From contig JAWCCZ010000001.1 in NCBI GenBank assembly GCA_038861545.1, forward strand, positions 352,001 to 416,000: a DNA stretch of 64,000 nt, written 5' to 3'. The notes under the pieces are model-generated. The model was not told the DNA's origin, ran no database searches, and was given only the letters and a program-made list of their open reading frames with translations. This stretch comes from Thermofilaceae archaeon (GTDB lineage Archaea; Thermoproteota; Thermoprotei; Thermofilales; Thermofilaceae). Shown here in pieces: positions 40,801 through 50,523 of this stretch (within the stretch, counting starts at the first letter, position 1; each line of letters begins with the position of its first letter). Position numbers and translations under genes: made by a program.

Positions 40801-41092
40801 TGAACTGCCGCCGCCCCGGGAATCTTGGAAACATTGTCCTCGTAACAGTTACATTTATAGCGAAAAACCCCTCTACAGGTTTAGTGAAAAGGATTTTAAT
40901 AGTCTGTTTAGAAGTATCAAGCTCTAAATTCTGAGTAGTGAAATTACCAGGGGAAGAATATAACTGAATATTGGGAGTTGCGTAGGCAAAGCTATCTGAG
41001 GTTAAATAATGTGAAACATTAGCTAAGAGAGCTGGTTGAAAAGATAGCACGACGATCAGCAGCAGGGCCTTCAATAGCCGGAAACTTAGCAT
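37820..41092 (-). CDS. Giant FtsX/MacB-type permease (1090 aa) with N-terminal ectodomain and C-terminal cytoplasmic extension
   Basis: Signal peptide, TM bundle, MacB-like extracellular core, FtsX motif ELRREVYTLSTLGATPDQL..LF, AVPSLKRRW. Confidence 0.8.
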   Translation of the reverse strand: MLSFRLLKALLLIVVLSFQPALLANVSHYLTSDSFAYATPNIQLYSSPGNFTTQNLELDTSKQTIKILFTKPVEGFFAINVTVTRTMFPRFPGRRQFTVEVPLLLVVEVKGAQAEISLPSGFKSFAVLGPFSREVNFVPYVLSLDENSLAQGLVIEWPVEYGGRVILETLPSLSGELPIFTVETNYTPILENSMFRILSPKEQLALGAYASELYFMSNSIILPPDREVELTVHYEIDGFRGTIIEHVAARLNETLRIATIAERIFASNNENLQRVILNLTANVRKLEENGYYLGSTNILISQAVEQLKLKEGDRLRVSIDQKLAFTLLMEISERLARIATGPSPWYTIFLLVVGGIASFLMACLFFSEKGKRVTAFLALVVTLTLAAYSVTPGLTVSSEAAAVTTAAAGLTLVGLGVVKVVTVRGVRTASGASLEGLASSIFNFAVNFFSKRRARATLMLLMVTAVSAGLTCLTSFAAYSSLSYQEAGWVSQFLGKTFLIARGLSPAGPLNPLGLGFISGREGVTWVAPNALALFPMNPIETLQGVPISGIIGVSRGSPVLELLKGTLIAGAVEDVCDRGKVIVSDLVAKRTEKSVGDVISIQGVEFTIVGVFDSRKFSQLKDLDGEDLIPTVVFGMSATKVAPESTIVVNYMDSLLLGANTNKVYVELSDRFQSDELAESLSVLGGYTVYVSEPGEIVRVYYPGTRLEIRGGEMVVPAVIALLMLFLSFIGFVYELRREVYTLSTLGATPDQLSVLFITGACIVGFAGGVTGYMLGLAVFRMFHVFNLQVPVDAKVDLPSAVFSVLASIVISIFGSLQPAMRAVLLAVPSLKRRWTPESEVVGREDAERAVELVTTIPVVIRDSQEAESFTKFVASRLEEMRAHKVSVFNVEVFEESFEQGRNYKVYFEYAQVEGRAFKSYNTIAVKKTDKYYTVELHSRVVTIFTSFANQCLRDVASLVRELALQWSARSGRVALFIRSSQELVKEAVTLLSPRYLLVFTPEDSERLKKILDQSLKRLGYRAALEVRSLSQVQFEKVPYEVKDKLQEVDIVYINSDDKSLSSLALKAAKESGVRALSRGRGGELIEVA

Positions 41093-41179
41093 GCTAAGCT
41101 ACCCGAATCTCATTCTGAGAGAATCCTAATTAAGTTTTCTGTTATACTTAATTATCTTTGTATATTGTTTACTTATTAA

Positions 41180-42271
41180 CTATGAGCATTCCAAGTGAAG
41201 CTTAGAATGTTTCTCCAGTGCGTTAAGTAAGGCCTCAATGTTACTAAGTGGTACATCTTGGAGTATCTCTGCTGTAAATAGTAAACCCCCCCGTTTAAAA
41301 CCGAGTTCCTGTATTATTTTCTTGACCCGTATGTCTATCTCTTTGGGGGTGCCAAAAGGTAGGAGGCGTTGCCTATCTACATCAATATCGATAGCTACTT
41401 TCCCCTTTAAAACATTTTTAATTTCCTCTAACCTATTGATGTTTTCCTGTATGTTTAAAATATCAACGCCGGATGAAACAATATCTTCGACTATATTCAT
41501 CACGTATCCATCAGTATGCAGCCTAACTTTAGCTCCCTTACGTTTTGCTTCCGAGAATATTTTTTTGTAGCGTGGTAGAATGTATTGTCTAAATTTCTGA
41601 ATAGAATAAGGAAATCCTTTCTGAATACCGAGGTCATCTCCAAAGGAGACTACATCTACTCTCAGCTTCACCAGTTTTTTAACAACTTCAACATTATACT
41701 CTGTCACAATATCTATCAATTTTTCTAGTTGTGGAGGTTGTGTAACTAAATCTCTTAAAAAATTTAAATAACCTCTTAAATAGGTTAACCTAAGGAACAG
41801 GAAACCATGAGGCATAAAACCGATAGTTAACCCACCTAAGCTTCTAACATGATCTATAAAAGCTTCAACATCACTCCAGGGTATCGGGGGTTCCCCTTCC
41901 CTCGGTAATCCTAGTTCGGGATCTGGGATTTTTAGATCCTTCAACTTGCTCCAATCCTTTAGCGGAGCTTCCACTACGATGCCTTGCAAACCGTCAACTG
42001 CGTACTTCCATACGCACCCCCATTCATCCCTATACGTAGACGACGGCCTCGTGGGAGTATCGTAGTTGATCATACCCCTTTTAAACCCCGGGAAAATCAG
42101 TCTATGTTTTTCAACTATTTTCTCCAGTTTTTCGCGGTACCTCTTCCATGTGGGCAGCGGAATTGAAACAAAGCTAGGGATAAACCATGGATACTCAAAG
42201 TTTACAGCTTTTAGGTAGTTTTCTCTGAAAACCCTGAAGTCAACACCCATGGAAAGCCCTATGTTAATCAA
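41180..42271 (-). CDS. Uroporphyrinogen decarboxylase/MtaA-superfamily protein
   Basis: DEWGCVW, LRG...FL.DL, FGDDLGIQ, LHTDG, GTPKEI, DVPLSNI. Confidence 0.8.
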   Translation of the reverse strand: MINIGLSMGVDFRVFRENYLKAVNFEYPWFIPSFVSIPLPTWKRYREKLEKIVEKHRLIFPGFKRGMINYDTPTRPSSTYRDEWGCVWKYAVDGLQGIVVEAPLKDWSKLKDLKIPDPELGLPREGEPPIPWSDVEAFIDHVRSLGGLTIGFMPHGFLFLRLTYLRGYLNFLRDLVTQPPQLEKLIDIVTEYNVEVVKKLVKLRVDVVSFGDDLGIQKGFPYSIQKFRQYILPRYKKIFSEAKRKGAKVRLHTDGYVMNIVEDIVSSGVDILNIQENINRLEEIKNVLKGKVAIDIDVDRQRLLPFGTPKEIDIRVKKIIQELGFKRGGLLFTAEILQDVPLSNIEALLNALEKHSKLHLECS

Positions 42272-42394
42272 GTTATTCTCGCTGATATATTTTGCCTTTT
42301 AGAATCAGAAGGGAAATAGTAGTAAGGTTCCAGCTCATTTAAATACTAAATGCGACTTGATATTTTATAAAAATAAAAATTATTAAATTTTTAT

Positions 42395-43876
42395 TTACTT
42401 TCTCCGACGTCTAAGCATCAGTAGAATTACCACGGCTATTACGGCAACCACACCTATTGACGCGTACATAGTTATAGGCACACCTTTTTCCATTAGTTCT
42501 GGTACCTCGGGATAGCTTGCCTCGATGTCCAGGGTTTCTATCAAGTAGCTGCCCCACTTATTCCAACCGATTCCTGGAGCCACTACCTGTATAATTAGGT
42601 AGTTGGCTCCCTTTACGGTGTGAACACCGCTACCTAAAATCACGAATTGATCCCGTGCAAGTCTTCTTTCCTCTCCATCGATGGTAGCTGTCTGATCTGC
42701 GGGCGAGAATACTATTGCTGTAGAAGGTGTGAAAAAGCGAACCTCCTGCCCAGGTCGCGAACCTATGAACGTGATACCATCGCCTATAAAGTCCTCAGTT
42801 ACTTCTCCACCGTATGTCTGCGCTGCGAGCACGGTTATATCCCCTGTGCTTTCTATTATCATGTCGAACCTGCCGATACCTAAAGGTAGGAACCAGTAAG
42901 CTTTCTGGGCTACATCTGTATCTGTAAATGAGTGCTCATTCATTACGCTAAGGTCGCTCGCCTTGTATACAGTAACCTTGCCCGCTTCTAAAGGCACGAC
43001 AACAAGAGCAGCGCTTCTACCGGTTTGCTGGTACGTTGCATGGTTGGGGAAGAAGAAAAGTTTGCCAACGTAGCCTCCAGTAATAGAAGGTACGTAAACG
43101 AACATCCCTAAAGCGGCGCTACATACTAACACGTCCCCTGTAGTTGTAAGCTCGAAGACGGAATCGTATCCCGCTGCAGCGCTAATACCGCCTTGCACCA
43201 CTCTGGATTGTATAATTGCGCGGGCGGTTCCCCTAGGGTCAACGGAACCGCTGGTTTCGAATTTGCCTACCCTATCTTTTAAACGCCATTCACTTTTTCC
43301 CAACGCTAAGAGGTAGAAGTTATGATGAACTAAATCCATAGAGTAACCGTACTGGTGAGTTGCTGGAGCCGGCATGAAAATGTAATGAGTGCCCCTAAAC
43401 CCCCCGTTTATGCTCGGATAAAACGTAGCTACTCCGGAAAACGGGTCGTCTTCGTAAGCGGCACTACCGCCGGTCAGTAATACGCCGACTCGCTTGTTTG
43501 AGACAACCTTGAAGTATATACCATACGACACGTAGAAAGTTGCCTTATCGAGCGCGTTAATCCGCGTGGAGTTTATCAGTAGCCCTGAAGTTATATCATA
43601 TATCTCTACCCTGGTATCGTCCTGATAAGCGACTATATCAAGGAGTGCATACCCGCCTGGAGGCGTGAAGTTAATTGCTTTCCCCCAAACTAGTTCAGCT
43701 AAGCTTGGCAGGTCGGTTGACGGAGGCACATAGCCGTAGTAAACATGCTGGTTAGCTTGAGCCGCGACTCTTTGAATAGGGGCTAGAAATGCTGGGAGAG
43801 AGGCTAGCATTAGAACTATAACCAGTAACTCCCTAGTAAGAAATCTTCTAAGTGAAAAAGCATTAAAAAATTTCAT
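42395..43876 (-). CDS. Surface protein with signal peptide, beta-rich (IgGFc-binding-like) ectodomain and C-terminal TM anchor
   Basis: Start moved to ATG 43876 (GGTGG upstream, 17 nt after upstream stop); IVAYQDDTRVEI, VVSNKRVGV repeats typical of IgGFc-binding-like domains; TM + RRRRK tail. Confidence 0.72.
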   Translation of the reverse strand: MKFFNAFSLRRFLTRELLVIVLMLASLPAFLAPIQRVAAQANQHVYYGYVPPSTDLPSLAELVWGKAINFTPPGGYALLDIVAYQDDTRVEIYDITSGLLINSTRINALDKATFYVSYGIYFKVVSNKRVGVLLTGGSAAYEDDPFSGVATFYPSINGGFRGTHYIFMPAPATHQYGYSMDLVHHNFYLLALGKSEWRLKDRVGKFETSGSVDPRGTARAIIQSRVVQGGISAAAGYDSVFELTTTGDVLVCSAALGMFVYVPSITGGYVGKLFFFPNHATYQQTGRSAALVVVPLEAGKVTVYKASDLSVMNEHSFTDTDVAQKAYWFLPLGIGRFDMIIESTGDITVLAAQTYGGEVTEDFIGDGITFIGSRPGQEVRFFTPSTAIVFSPADQTATIDGEERRLARDQFVILGSGVHTVKGANYLIIQVVAPGIGWNKWGSYLIETLDIEASYPEVPELMEKGVPITMYASIGVVAVIAVVILLMLRRRRK

Positions 43877-43893
43877 ATTTTTATCCACCGCCC

Positions 43894-45903
43894 CTAGTAA
43901 GTGCCGAATACCATGTACCTCGCGATGTTGACTATACTCACCAGCACTATACCCAGTATCTCGCCCGCGATAATTCCAACCGCTACCGGAACGCCAACTT
44001 CCTCGTAAGCTTTCCTGCCCCCGACTTTCAGTAGAGCGTACTTTACTGCCCAGACGATTAAAGGAGTAAATGTCCCCACGTGCCATGTATAGAAGTCATG
44101 TAGGCCTAGCATGAAGCCCAGCGGCTCAAGCGGCCACCATGGGAACCTTAACCTTAAGAAGACTAAAGCGCCAGCGAGTAGGAAGCCTACTAGACCAGGT
44201 ATAGAGGCGATGCTGAGTCTCGGATTATAGAATCCAGCGTCTCCATCCCAGAAGTAATCCCATTCTTTAGCTACTGGTAATTCCATGAATCCCCACGCGT
44301 GTAACGCGATGAATGTTAACGGTATTGCGATGACAGCCGTTATTATACTCCCTATAACCAGTAGTTTGTAGACAGTGTCAGCTCTAACGCCAGCCATCTG
44401 CGCGACCTTAAAGCTATCCATTGCACCCATCATCGTTGAGTAGTAGGGGCCGTAGGTATCGCATCCTGTGCCCCACCTGCATGTATGCGAAATTATGAAG
44501 AGCTTACCAGCAGGGTACTGAGGAGCGGCTGGCAGGGTATCTCCCACGAAGGGTTTCCAGTAGTAAGCGCCTCTCAGGAACGTGACGTTAGCAGTGTAAG
44601 CCCTAGCCCTTGTCAACACAACTACCTGAAGCCAAATAACGAATAATCCTAGGATAGCATCCTGAGGTTCTACGTTGGAAGCGATGAAGAGGGCGATTAA
44701 GCCTACTGCACCGAGTAGAACTAGAAGGTATGCCAGCCGGTATGATACTTCGCCCTCCGCGGATTTACCACCAGAAGTTGTTAACTTAAATGTTTGTGCA
44801 AAGTATTTCCAGTTAACTAGGATGAAGAATACTAGGATGCCGAGCGCCATGCCGGCAGAGATTACTTCAAAGTAGAATGGTTCACCGTAGTATATCATCC
44901 ACCACTTGCTCCACTGGCCGACCGTATATATACCCGTATAGTACCCGAAGTAGGACATTATCTGGGGCAGTAACGTGGTGAACACTAGGTGCGCGAACCA
45001 CATCGAGAACAGAGCATCCAGGGGGACGAGGAAGAAGAATGCATAGCGAAGCGGGTCTGTAGAGAACACTACGACTTGAGCTAGGCTCGACTGGAGCACA
45101 GGATATGCCTGGGTCATCTGGAACTGGCCAGTGGACCATGATAGGTAGTTCGGGCTCGTCAGCCATCCGTAAAAGTCCGGCAATCCCGGATAAGCTGAGT
45201 AAATCATGTAGGGTACGTAGAAAAGCACACCAAGCAGAAAAGCAATCTTAAAGTACTTCTTGAACTTGGTTGGGCTCGGCGTTAAAGCAGCCTCGGCAAT
45301 AAGCCATCCTTGCGCGTGTGGGAACGGCAGCACCTCTATCTCAACCCATAGTCTTCGAAAAACTCCGGCCCATCCTAGGAAGAAAGCTGCAGTAACGACG
45401 TACCAGAAGACGTACGTGCCAATTACAGGCATCCACTCATTGGCATACACAGAGAATAAGTTGTTAAGCGAGTTTCGGTAGAACATGCCCCTAACTGCAT
45501 CTGCCGACGGCATCCATATCATCGGTAGAGCATAACCGTGTGTCTCTGCTGTGGCAACCCGTATATTAAAGAGGGCTGCAGGTGTAGTATAGAAGCCTTT
45601 GAATACCGTGTACCAAGTAGCTATACCGGTCCCTATATAGATGAGGCAAAACATCTGTCTATCAATTTTCAACAGCCCTCTCTCCATGAGGAGCATCATT
45701 ATCGCGGCAACAGACCAGGGTAACGCGATTGCGCATAGAAGCCCGCCGGAGGGGCCGATGTTAATTCCTCCCGTACCCCAGGCGGCTGGCAGGAACAGGG
45801 TTTCAATAGTTATTAATGCCGATAGTAGAGCGGTGTAAACAATTACTACAAGCCATTGCTTGCTCGTTAAAACCCGGATTTCCTCACTTTTTGTCGCCAT
45901 CAC
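43894..45903 (-). CDS. OPT-superfamily-like polytopic membrane protein (DUF6785/DUF6784-like)
   Basis: About 15 TMs; FRRLWVEIEVLPFP and RLRFPWWPLEPLGF motifs; LKVGGRKAYE. Confidence 0.7.
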   Translation of the reverse strand: MMATKSEEIRVLTSKQWLVVIVYTALLSALITIETLFLPAAWGTGGINIGPSGGLLCAIALPWSVAAIMMLLMERGLLKIDRQMFCLIYIGTGIATWYTVFKGFYTTPAALFNIRVATAETHGYALPMIWMPSADAVRGMFYRNSLNNLFSVYANEWMPVIGTYVFWYVVTAAFFLGWAGVFRRLWVEIEVLPFPHAQGWLIAEAALTPSPTKFKKYFKIAFLLGVLFYVPYMIYSAYPGLPDFYGWLTSPNYLSWSTGQFQMTQAYPVLQSSLAQVVVFSTDPLRYAFFFLVPLDALFSMWFAHLVFTTLLPQIMSYFGYYTGIYTVGQWSKWWMIYYGEPFYFEVISAGMALGILVFFILVNWKYFAQTFKLTTSGGKSAEGEVSYRLAYLLVLLGAVGLIALFIASNVEPQDAILGLFVIWLQVVVLTRARAYTANVTFLRGAYYWKPFVGDTLPAAPQYPAGKLFIISHTCRWGTGCDTYGPYYSTMMGAMDSFKVAQMAGVRADTVYKLLVIGSIITAVIAIPLTFIALHAWGFMELPVAKEWDYFWDGDAGFYNPRLSIASIPGLVGFLLAGALVFLRLRFPWWPLEPLGFMLGLHDFYTWHVGTFTPLIVWAVKYALLKVGGRKAYEEVGVPVAVGIIAGEILGIVLVSIVNIARYMVFGTY

Positions 45904-46045
45904 GCATTTTCAACGAAGCTTAATTTAAATTTTACGCATAGGTTTAAAAAGGGTATGAAATAGGCGAATCTTATTTATCTTTCTGTTGATTAGTATAAAA
46001 AGAGGAGAGAAAGCTTTAAAGCGTATCCAGTTGTCGAGTGCTTGC

Positions 46046-49000
46046 ATGAACCTTAGAGTTAGCGGTAGGGAAAAGAAATCAATTCTAAGTGAAACCCTCG
46101 TACCTGCGGCACTAATGCTATTACTTACAGCTACTCCGATTCTAAATCCTCTAACCGCGGCTCAACCCACGCTAACTCCTACCCCTCACGGATTTGAGAA
46201 AATAATAGTTCATTTTAACAAGAGTTTATTTATTGAAGATGTTCAAGCTCTTTCGAAAAGCTCTAGGTTTACAGGCTATCCGGGTTTCTTTGAAGCGGCT
46301 AACTATATCGCAGATGTTTTTAAGGGAGCTGGTATTGCGCCATTAGGTAAAGATTACTTTGAATGGTTTGAGGTGACCGTACCTATTACGGGAGATTCCT
46401 GGATATCTGTAGAGGACGGCTTGAAGGTAGCCGTATACCCGCTGTACCCCAACCTTGTGAATCCGAGCCCATATAGAAGCGACGATTGGGATTACCTAGT
46501 TTATGTAGGGAAAGGCGAGCTTGAAGACTTTAACGGGAAAAATGTCTCAGGGAAATTCGTGTTAATGAATTTCGCCTGCGGGTGGAACTACTACTATGCA
46601 TTAATGCTCGGCGCTAAGGGAGTGGTTTTTGTGCCGGAATCGTCAGACGCTGTTACCAGACCAGAAGCCGACCAAAAGCTGACTCTTGTTCCAGTATATT
46701 TCCCCAAGCTGTACATGCCGCTTGAAAGAGAAGGGATTCAGCTGCTCGAGTTGGCGAAAAAAGCTGGTGATACTGGTATTAAGGTAAAAATCTTTTCTCA
46801 GATGCGGTGGGACTCAGTAAAGGTACCGAATGTCGTCGGTTTTATTAAGGGGAAAAATCCAGCAAAATCCAATAAAGTTGTTGTTATAGCGAGTTACTAT
46901 GACTCTTACTCGGTTGTCCCCTCGCTTTCCTTTGGTGCTGAGGATGCTTTAGGGATAGCTACTCTGTTACAATTTGCCAGGTTCCTAGCTGAAAACCCGC
47001 CAGAATACTCAGTGGCTTTAGTAGCTTTAGCCGGTCATTACCAAGCTCTCTGGGGAGCGAGAGAATTTGTAGAACGCCGTTTCGACGATGGGAGGGAGTA
47101 TGTTGCATTCGCCTCCATAGATTTGTCGAGCGAATCCGATCAGGTCGGAATTTATGTCCTCGGCTCGGCCTACTCTTATAGATACGCTGATATTCTAGTC
47201 AGGCGGTACACTTGGCTGGTCAGCAGAGCTTTTGGTCCTTGGTTAGCCGAAATACGGATGTTACTGGGAAGTAAATTTGGAGAAAACTTTGTCGATGGAG
47301 TTTTAGCAAGCTATCCCGGCTATATAAGGTCAGTACCAATGTACGAACCATACCGTTACGGGTTCTTACCTTCTTCTGCAGTCTTCCCATCCCATAATTG
47401 GTATCTTGCATCTCAAGTATACCTTTTCGATTCAGAACCCTTTACATTAGCAATGTACGGTGGAGGCTTCACATTTAGAACCACTAACGCCTTTAAAACT
47501 CGCCGCTGGACTCCCGCCGACAGGCTGGATTATGTGAATTTTGAAAATGTGTGGCCACAGGCTTACTTTATCCACTGCATACTTTGGGCAATGTTAAATG
47601 AAGATATCAACCTGCCAACTTCAAAGGAGAGGCTTCGCGACGATTGGGGGTACGTGACGTTGCGAGTCAAAGTTACAACCTATAACATGCTTACATCGTA
47701 CTGGGATACTATTAATTTTACGGAAAAACCAGAGTTGAAGGGTAAGCTTATAGCTTATGTAACTAGTGGTGGGCTCAGAATAGCCCAGAAAGTCAGCGAT
47801 GATGGTACAGTTACAATACACGGCTTAAAACCATACGCCGGAGGTGGAGTTGACATTTTCGCTATTGAGGATAACGGAAAGATTACTTGGACCACGGATG
47901 TCGGTGTATGGCAAGCTCCGGGATGGAAGGGTATACCTTTAACTACTCATCCTCATGAGAAGTTAATAGCGATCTTCGAGTGCGCTAGTATATTCATACC
48001 TTTCGTCTTCCAACCGACAGATTTTAGGACTCTATCCCTTACCTCGATCAATGATGCTAGGGCACACAGTCCTATGATTCGGCAGAACAGTTTGCAGACC
48101 GACATGTTCGCTATGGCGTTTGTTCAGCCAGGTGTTCCAGCCGAAGTAACTTTCACCATAGGGACTGGATTACCAAGCATAGTTCTGAATAATGCTTCGC
48201 CAGCAAAACCTGAGGGGTTCGGTTATACTTTGAACAAAGGCGAGCAAATTGTTTTAACCCCATTAGATGCTTTCAAAAACCTTTATACAATTGTTGACAA
48301 CAGGTACAATAATATAAAGAGCAGAAATGTTATAATACCTACAATTGAATTTTACGCTAACGCAACCCTCAAGCTGAAGAGCGAATTCGAGAAAATGCTC
48401 GAAGAGAGAAACTACTCCAAAGCTTTTGGTGCATGCCTCTTCGCCTGGGCCGCGCTTATCAACTGGTATAACACTGTTATGAGCGCAATAGGGCAAGTAA
48501 TTACATCGATTGCAGTTTTCTTCCTTATTTCATTACTATTCGCGCTCTTGTTTGAGCGGCTTGCTTTTAAGGCAGAGGGTAGCCGGAGACTATTCACCCT
48601 GCTACTTATCTTAGTGGTTGCAAATGCCGTACTTTATACACTTCACCCCGCCTACCACATAGCTACCAACTGGACAATCGTGCTACTTACAGTCACTTTC
48701 CTAGCATTTAACATCATCATGCTTTATATAGCTATCATGAATGCTTATTCAGCAGCTAAAATAATTCGAGAATCTAGAGTTGGTAAACACTTTGTTGAAG
48801 TCAGTCGAAGCGGATTAATGGTTGAAAGCATGACTCTTGCGATCGAAAACATAAAGAAAAGGAAACTGAGGACAATCTTAATCTTGGTTGCAACGACCGC
48901 GATCACGTTCGCTATGATTTCGCTCGCGTCGGTAACTTCTTCACCTGTAATGCTTCCTCAAGGTGTAAATACAACTCGGATGCCGGACTTTGAAGGTTTA

Positions 49001-50521
49001 CTAATTAGGGCCTACCCATGGGATCAATTGAACTTCCTTACCTACGAAATGTATAACAATTACCTAGAAGGTAAATGTTACATAGCCCCTAGAGCATTCT
49101 TATACCCTCCACCCTTACTGGTGGCTATGCCGGGTGTAACTACCGGGCTTCTCTACTTAGGTTTCAGCCCACAGCTAAAAACGCAGATCTACGGTATGCT
49201 TGTTTTATCTCCTAATGAAGTTAACGTATCCGGGTTAGATAGGTTAATAGTTAGGGGTAGGTGGTTTAGCGAGGGCGATGTATATGCCGTGATACTCACG
49301 GAGTCGGTTTCATCCAGCTTAAGCCAAGAGCTGGGTAGACCGATCGACGCGGGGTCAACCATAAAATTATGGGGTCTAGAGCTTCGGGTAGTCGGCATAA
49401 TCAGTGACCGCGTTGCAAACTTTACAAACCCGGACGGTGAACCAGTAACTCCCATAGACCCTCAATCCCCCGTAGCAACTCCTCTCCACTTATCCGCAAG
49501 GAATATAATGGTAATCCCGTATTCGCTGTACAGGCTAATAGCTGTACCTCCAACAGTTACCAATATCGCCGTAAAACCTCTCAATGAACGGCAGTTAATC
49601 GAGTTGAAGGGTTTACTTCCTTCAATAGTATCCTACCCGATTTACTTACACTGGGGCGGGGAACTGAGAGCTTGGGTTATGAGGCAGTGGGTTAGTGCGA
49701 TAGGTTTCGAGTTTATAATAATTCCAGCCATTTTAGCAGCTGCATCCATACTGGACTTAATGCTCGCCTCTGTTTACGAGCGGAGAAGGGAGTTGTATGT
49801 TTTCACGGCCGTCGGCATGGCGCCATCTCATGTCACAACCGTTTTCTTAACTGAAGCATTAACCTACGTAGTACCAGCAGTATTCTTTGGATACGTAACA
49901 GGAATTCTAGCTACTAATGCTATGTTAGCTGTGGGTGCATTTCCAAGCGGGCTTTACCCCAACTTTACTTCGTTAGCGATACTAGTTGTTGTAGGTCTCT
50001 GCACTTTACTTGTCGTAGTTGCAGCTTACTATCCGTCAACCTTAGCCAGCAGGCTTGCTATTCCATCTCATGTGAGAAGGTGGTTATCCGCTGAGAAAGG
50101 CCCTGCAGGGGATGAGTGGAGGATAACGTACCCATTAATCCTTTCTTCGGCGGGAGAAGTCTACGGCTTTATGAATTTCTTAAGTGAGTACATGAGGGCT
50201 CTTGAGTTGAGAGAGAGCGCCTTCTTCGCGGAAAAAATAGAAATATCTGAAGAGGAGAAGGGTGGAGACCACGTTATCCGGTTGCACGCGCACTGCAGAT
50301 TTGCGCCCTATGATCTGGGTATAAGGAGTGACATATTAATCACAGCCATCAGGAAGAAGGATGCAAGCAATTACGTCTTTGACGCTCTAATCAAGCGTGT
50401 GGAGGGCTACTGGCAGGCTTGGAGGGGCACAGCACTTACAGTCGCGGGTGATCTTCGGAAGGAGATAATAGCATGGAGGGCTTTAAGCCCTGAAGAAAGG
50501 AAGAAGTACACGCCCAGATAG
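46046..50521 (+). CDS. Giant FtsX/MacB-type permease with M28-peptidase-fold/PA ectodomain (~1490 aa)
   Basis: SRFTGYPG, VYVGKG (PA), ASYYDS, GAEDALG; TM bundle; SVYERRRELYVFTAVGMAP FtsX motif; ATG 46046 lies 26-31 nt after TTTAAA (ORF track starts at 45986). Confidence 0.82.
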   Translation: MNLRVSGREKKSILSETLVPAALMLLLTATPILNPLTAAQPTLTPTPHGFEKIIVHFNKSLFIEDVQALSKSSRFTGYPGFFEAANYIADVFKGAGIAPLGKDYFEWFEVTVPITGDSWISVEDGLKVAVYPLYPNLVNPSPYRSDDWDYLVYVGKGELEDFNGKNVSGKFVLMNFACGWNYYYALMLGAKGVVFVPESSDAVTRPEADQKLTLVPVYFPKLYMPLEREGIQLLELAKKAGDTGIKVKIFSQMRWDSVKVPNVVGFIKGKNPAKSNKVVVIASYYDSYSVVPSLSFGAEDALGIATLLQFARFLAENPPEYSVALVALAGHYQALWGAREFVERRFDDGREYVAFASIDLSSESDQVGIYVLGSAYSYRYADILVRRYTWLVSRAFGPWLAEIRMLLGSKFGENFVDGVLASYPGYIRSVPMYEPYRYGFLPSSAVFPSHNWYLASQVYLFDSEPFTLAMYGGGFTFRTTNAFKTRRWTPADRLDYVNFENVWPQAYFIHCILWAMLNEDINLPTSKERLRDDWGYVTLRVKVTTYNMLTSYWDTINFTEKPELKGKLIAYVTSGGLRIAQKVSDDGTVTIHGLKPYAGGGVDIFAIEDNGKITWTTDVGVWQAPGWKGIPLTTHPHEKLIAIFECASIFIPFVFQPTDFRTLSLTSINDARAHSPMIRQNSLQTDMFAMAFVQPGVPAEVTFTIGTGLPSIVLNNASPAKPEGFGYTLNKGEQIVLTPLDAFKNLYTIVDNRYNNIKSRNVIIPTIEFYANATLKLKSEFEKMLEERNYSKAFGACLFAWAALINWYNTVMSAIGQVITSIAVFFLISLLFALLFERLAFKAEGSRRLFTLLLILVVANAVLYTLHPAYHIATNWTIVLLTVTFLAFNIIMLYIAIMNAYSAAKIIRESRVGKHFVEVSRSGLMVESMTLAIENIKKRKLRTILILVATTAITFAMISLASVTSSPVMLPQGVNTTRMPDFEGLLIRAYPWDQLNFLTYEMYNNYLEGKCYIAPRAFLYPPPLLVAMPGVTTGLLYLGFSPQLKTQIYGMLVLSPNEVNVSGLDRLIVRGRWFSEGDVYAVILTESVSSSLSQELGRPIDAGSTIKLWGLELRVVGIISDRVANFTNPDGEPVTPIDPQSPVATPLHLSARNIMVIPYSLYRLIAVPPTVTNIAVKPLNERQLIELKGLLPSIVSYPIYLHWGGELRAWVMRQWVSAIGFEFIIIPAILAAASILDLMLASVYERRRELYVFTAVGMAPSHVTTVFLTEALTYVVPAVFFGYVTGILATNAMLAVGAFPSGLYPNFTSLAILVVVGLCTLLVVVAAYYPSTLASRLAIPSHVRRWLSAEKGPAGDEWRITYPLILSSAGEVYGFMNFLSEYMRALELRESAFFAEKIEISEEEKGGDHVIRLHAHCRFAPYDLGIRSDILITAIRKKDASNYVFDALIKRVEGYWQAWRGTALTVAGDLRKEIIAWRALSPEERKKYTPR

Positions 50522-50523
50522 GG

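Noticed and set aside
43877-44086. 70-aa N-terminal extension of the 563-aa ORF
   Set aside because: It overlaps the upstream transporter in another frame; ATG 43876 gives a proper signal peptide and RBS-like motif
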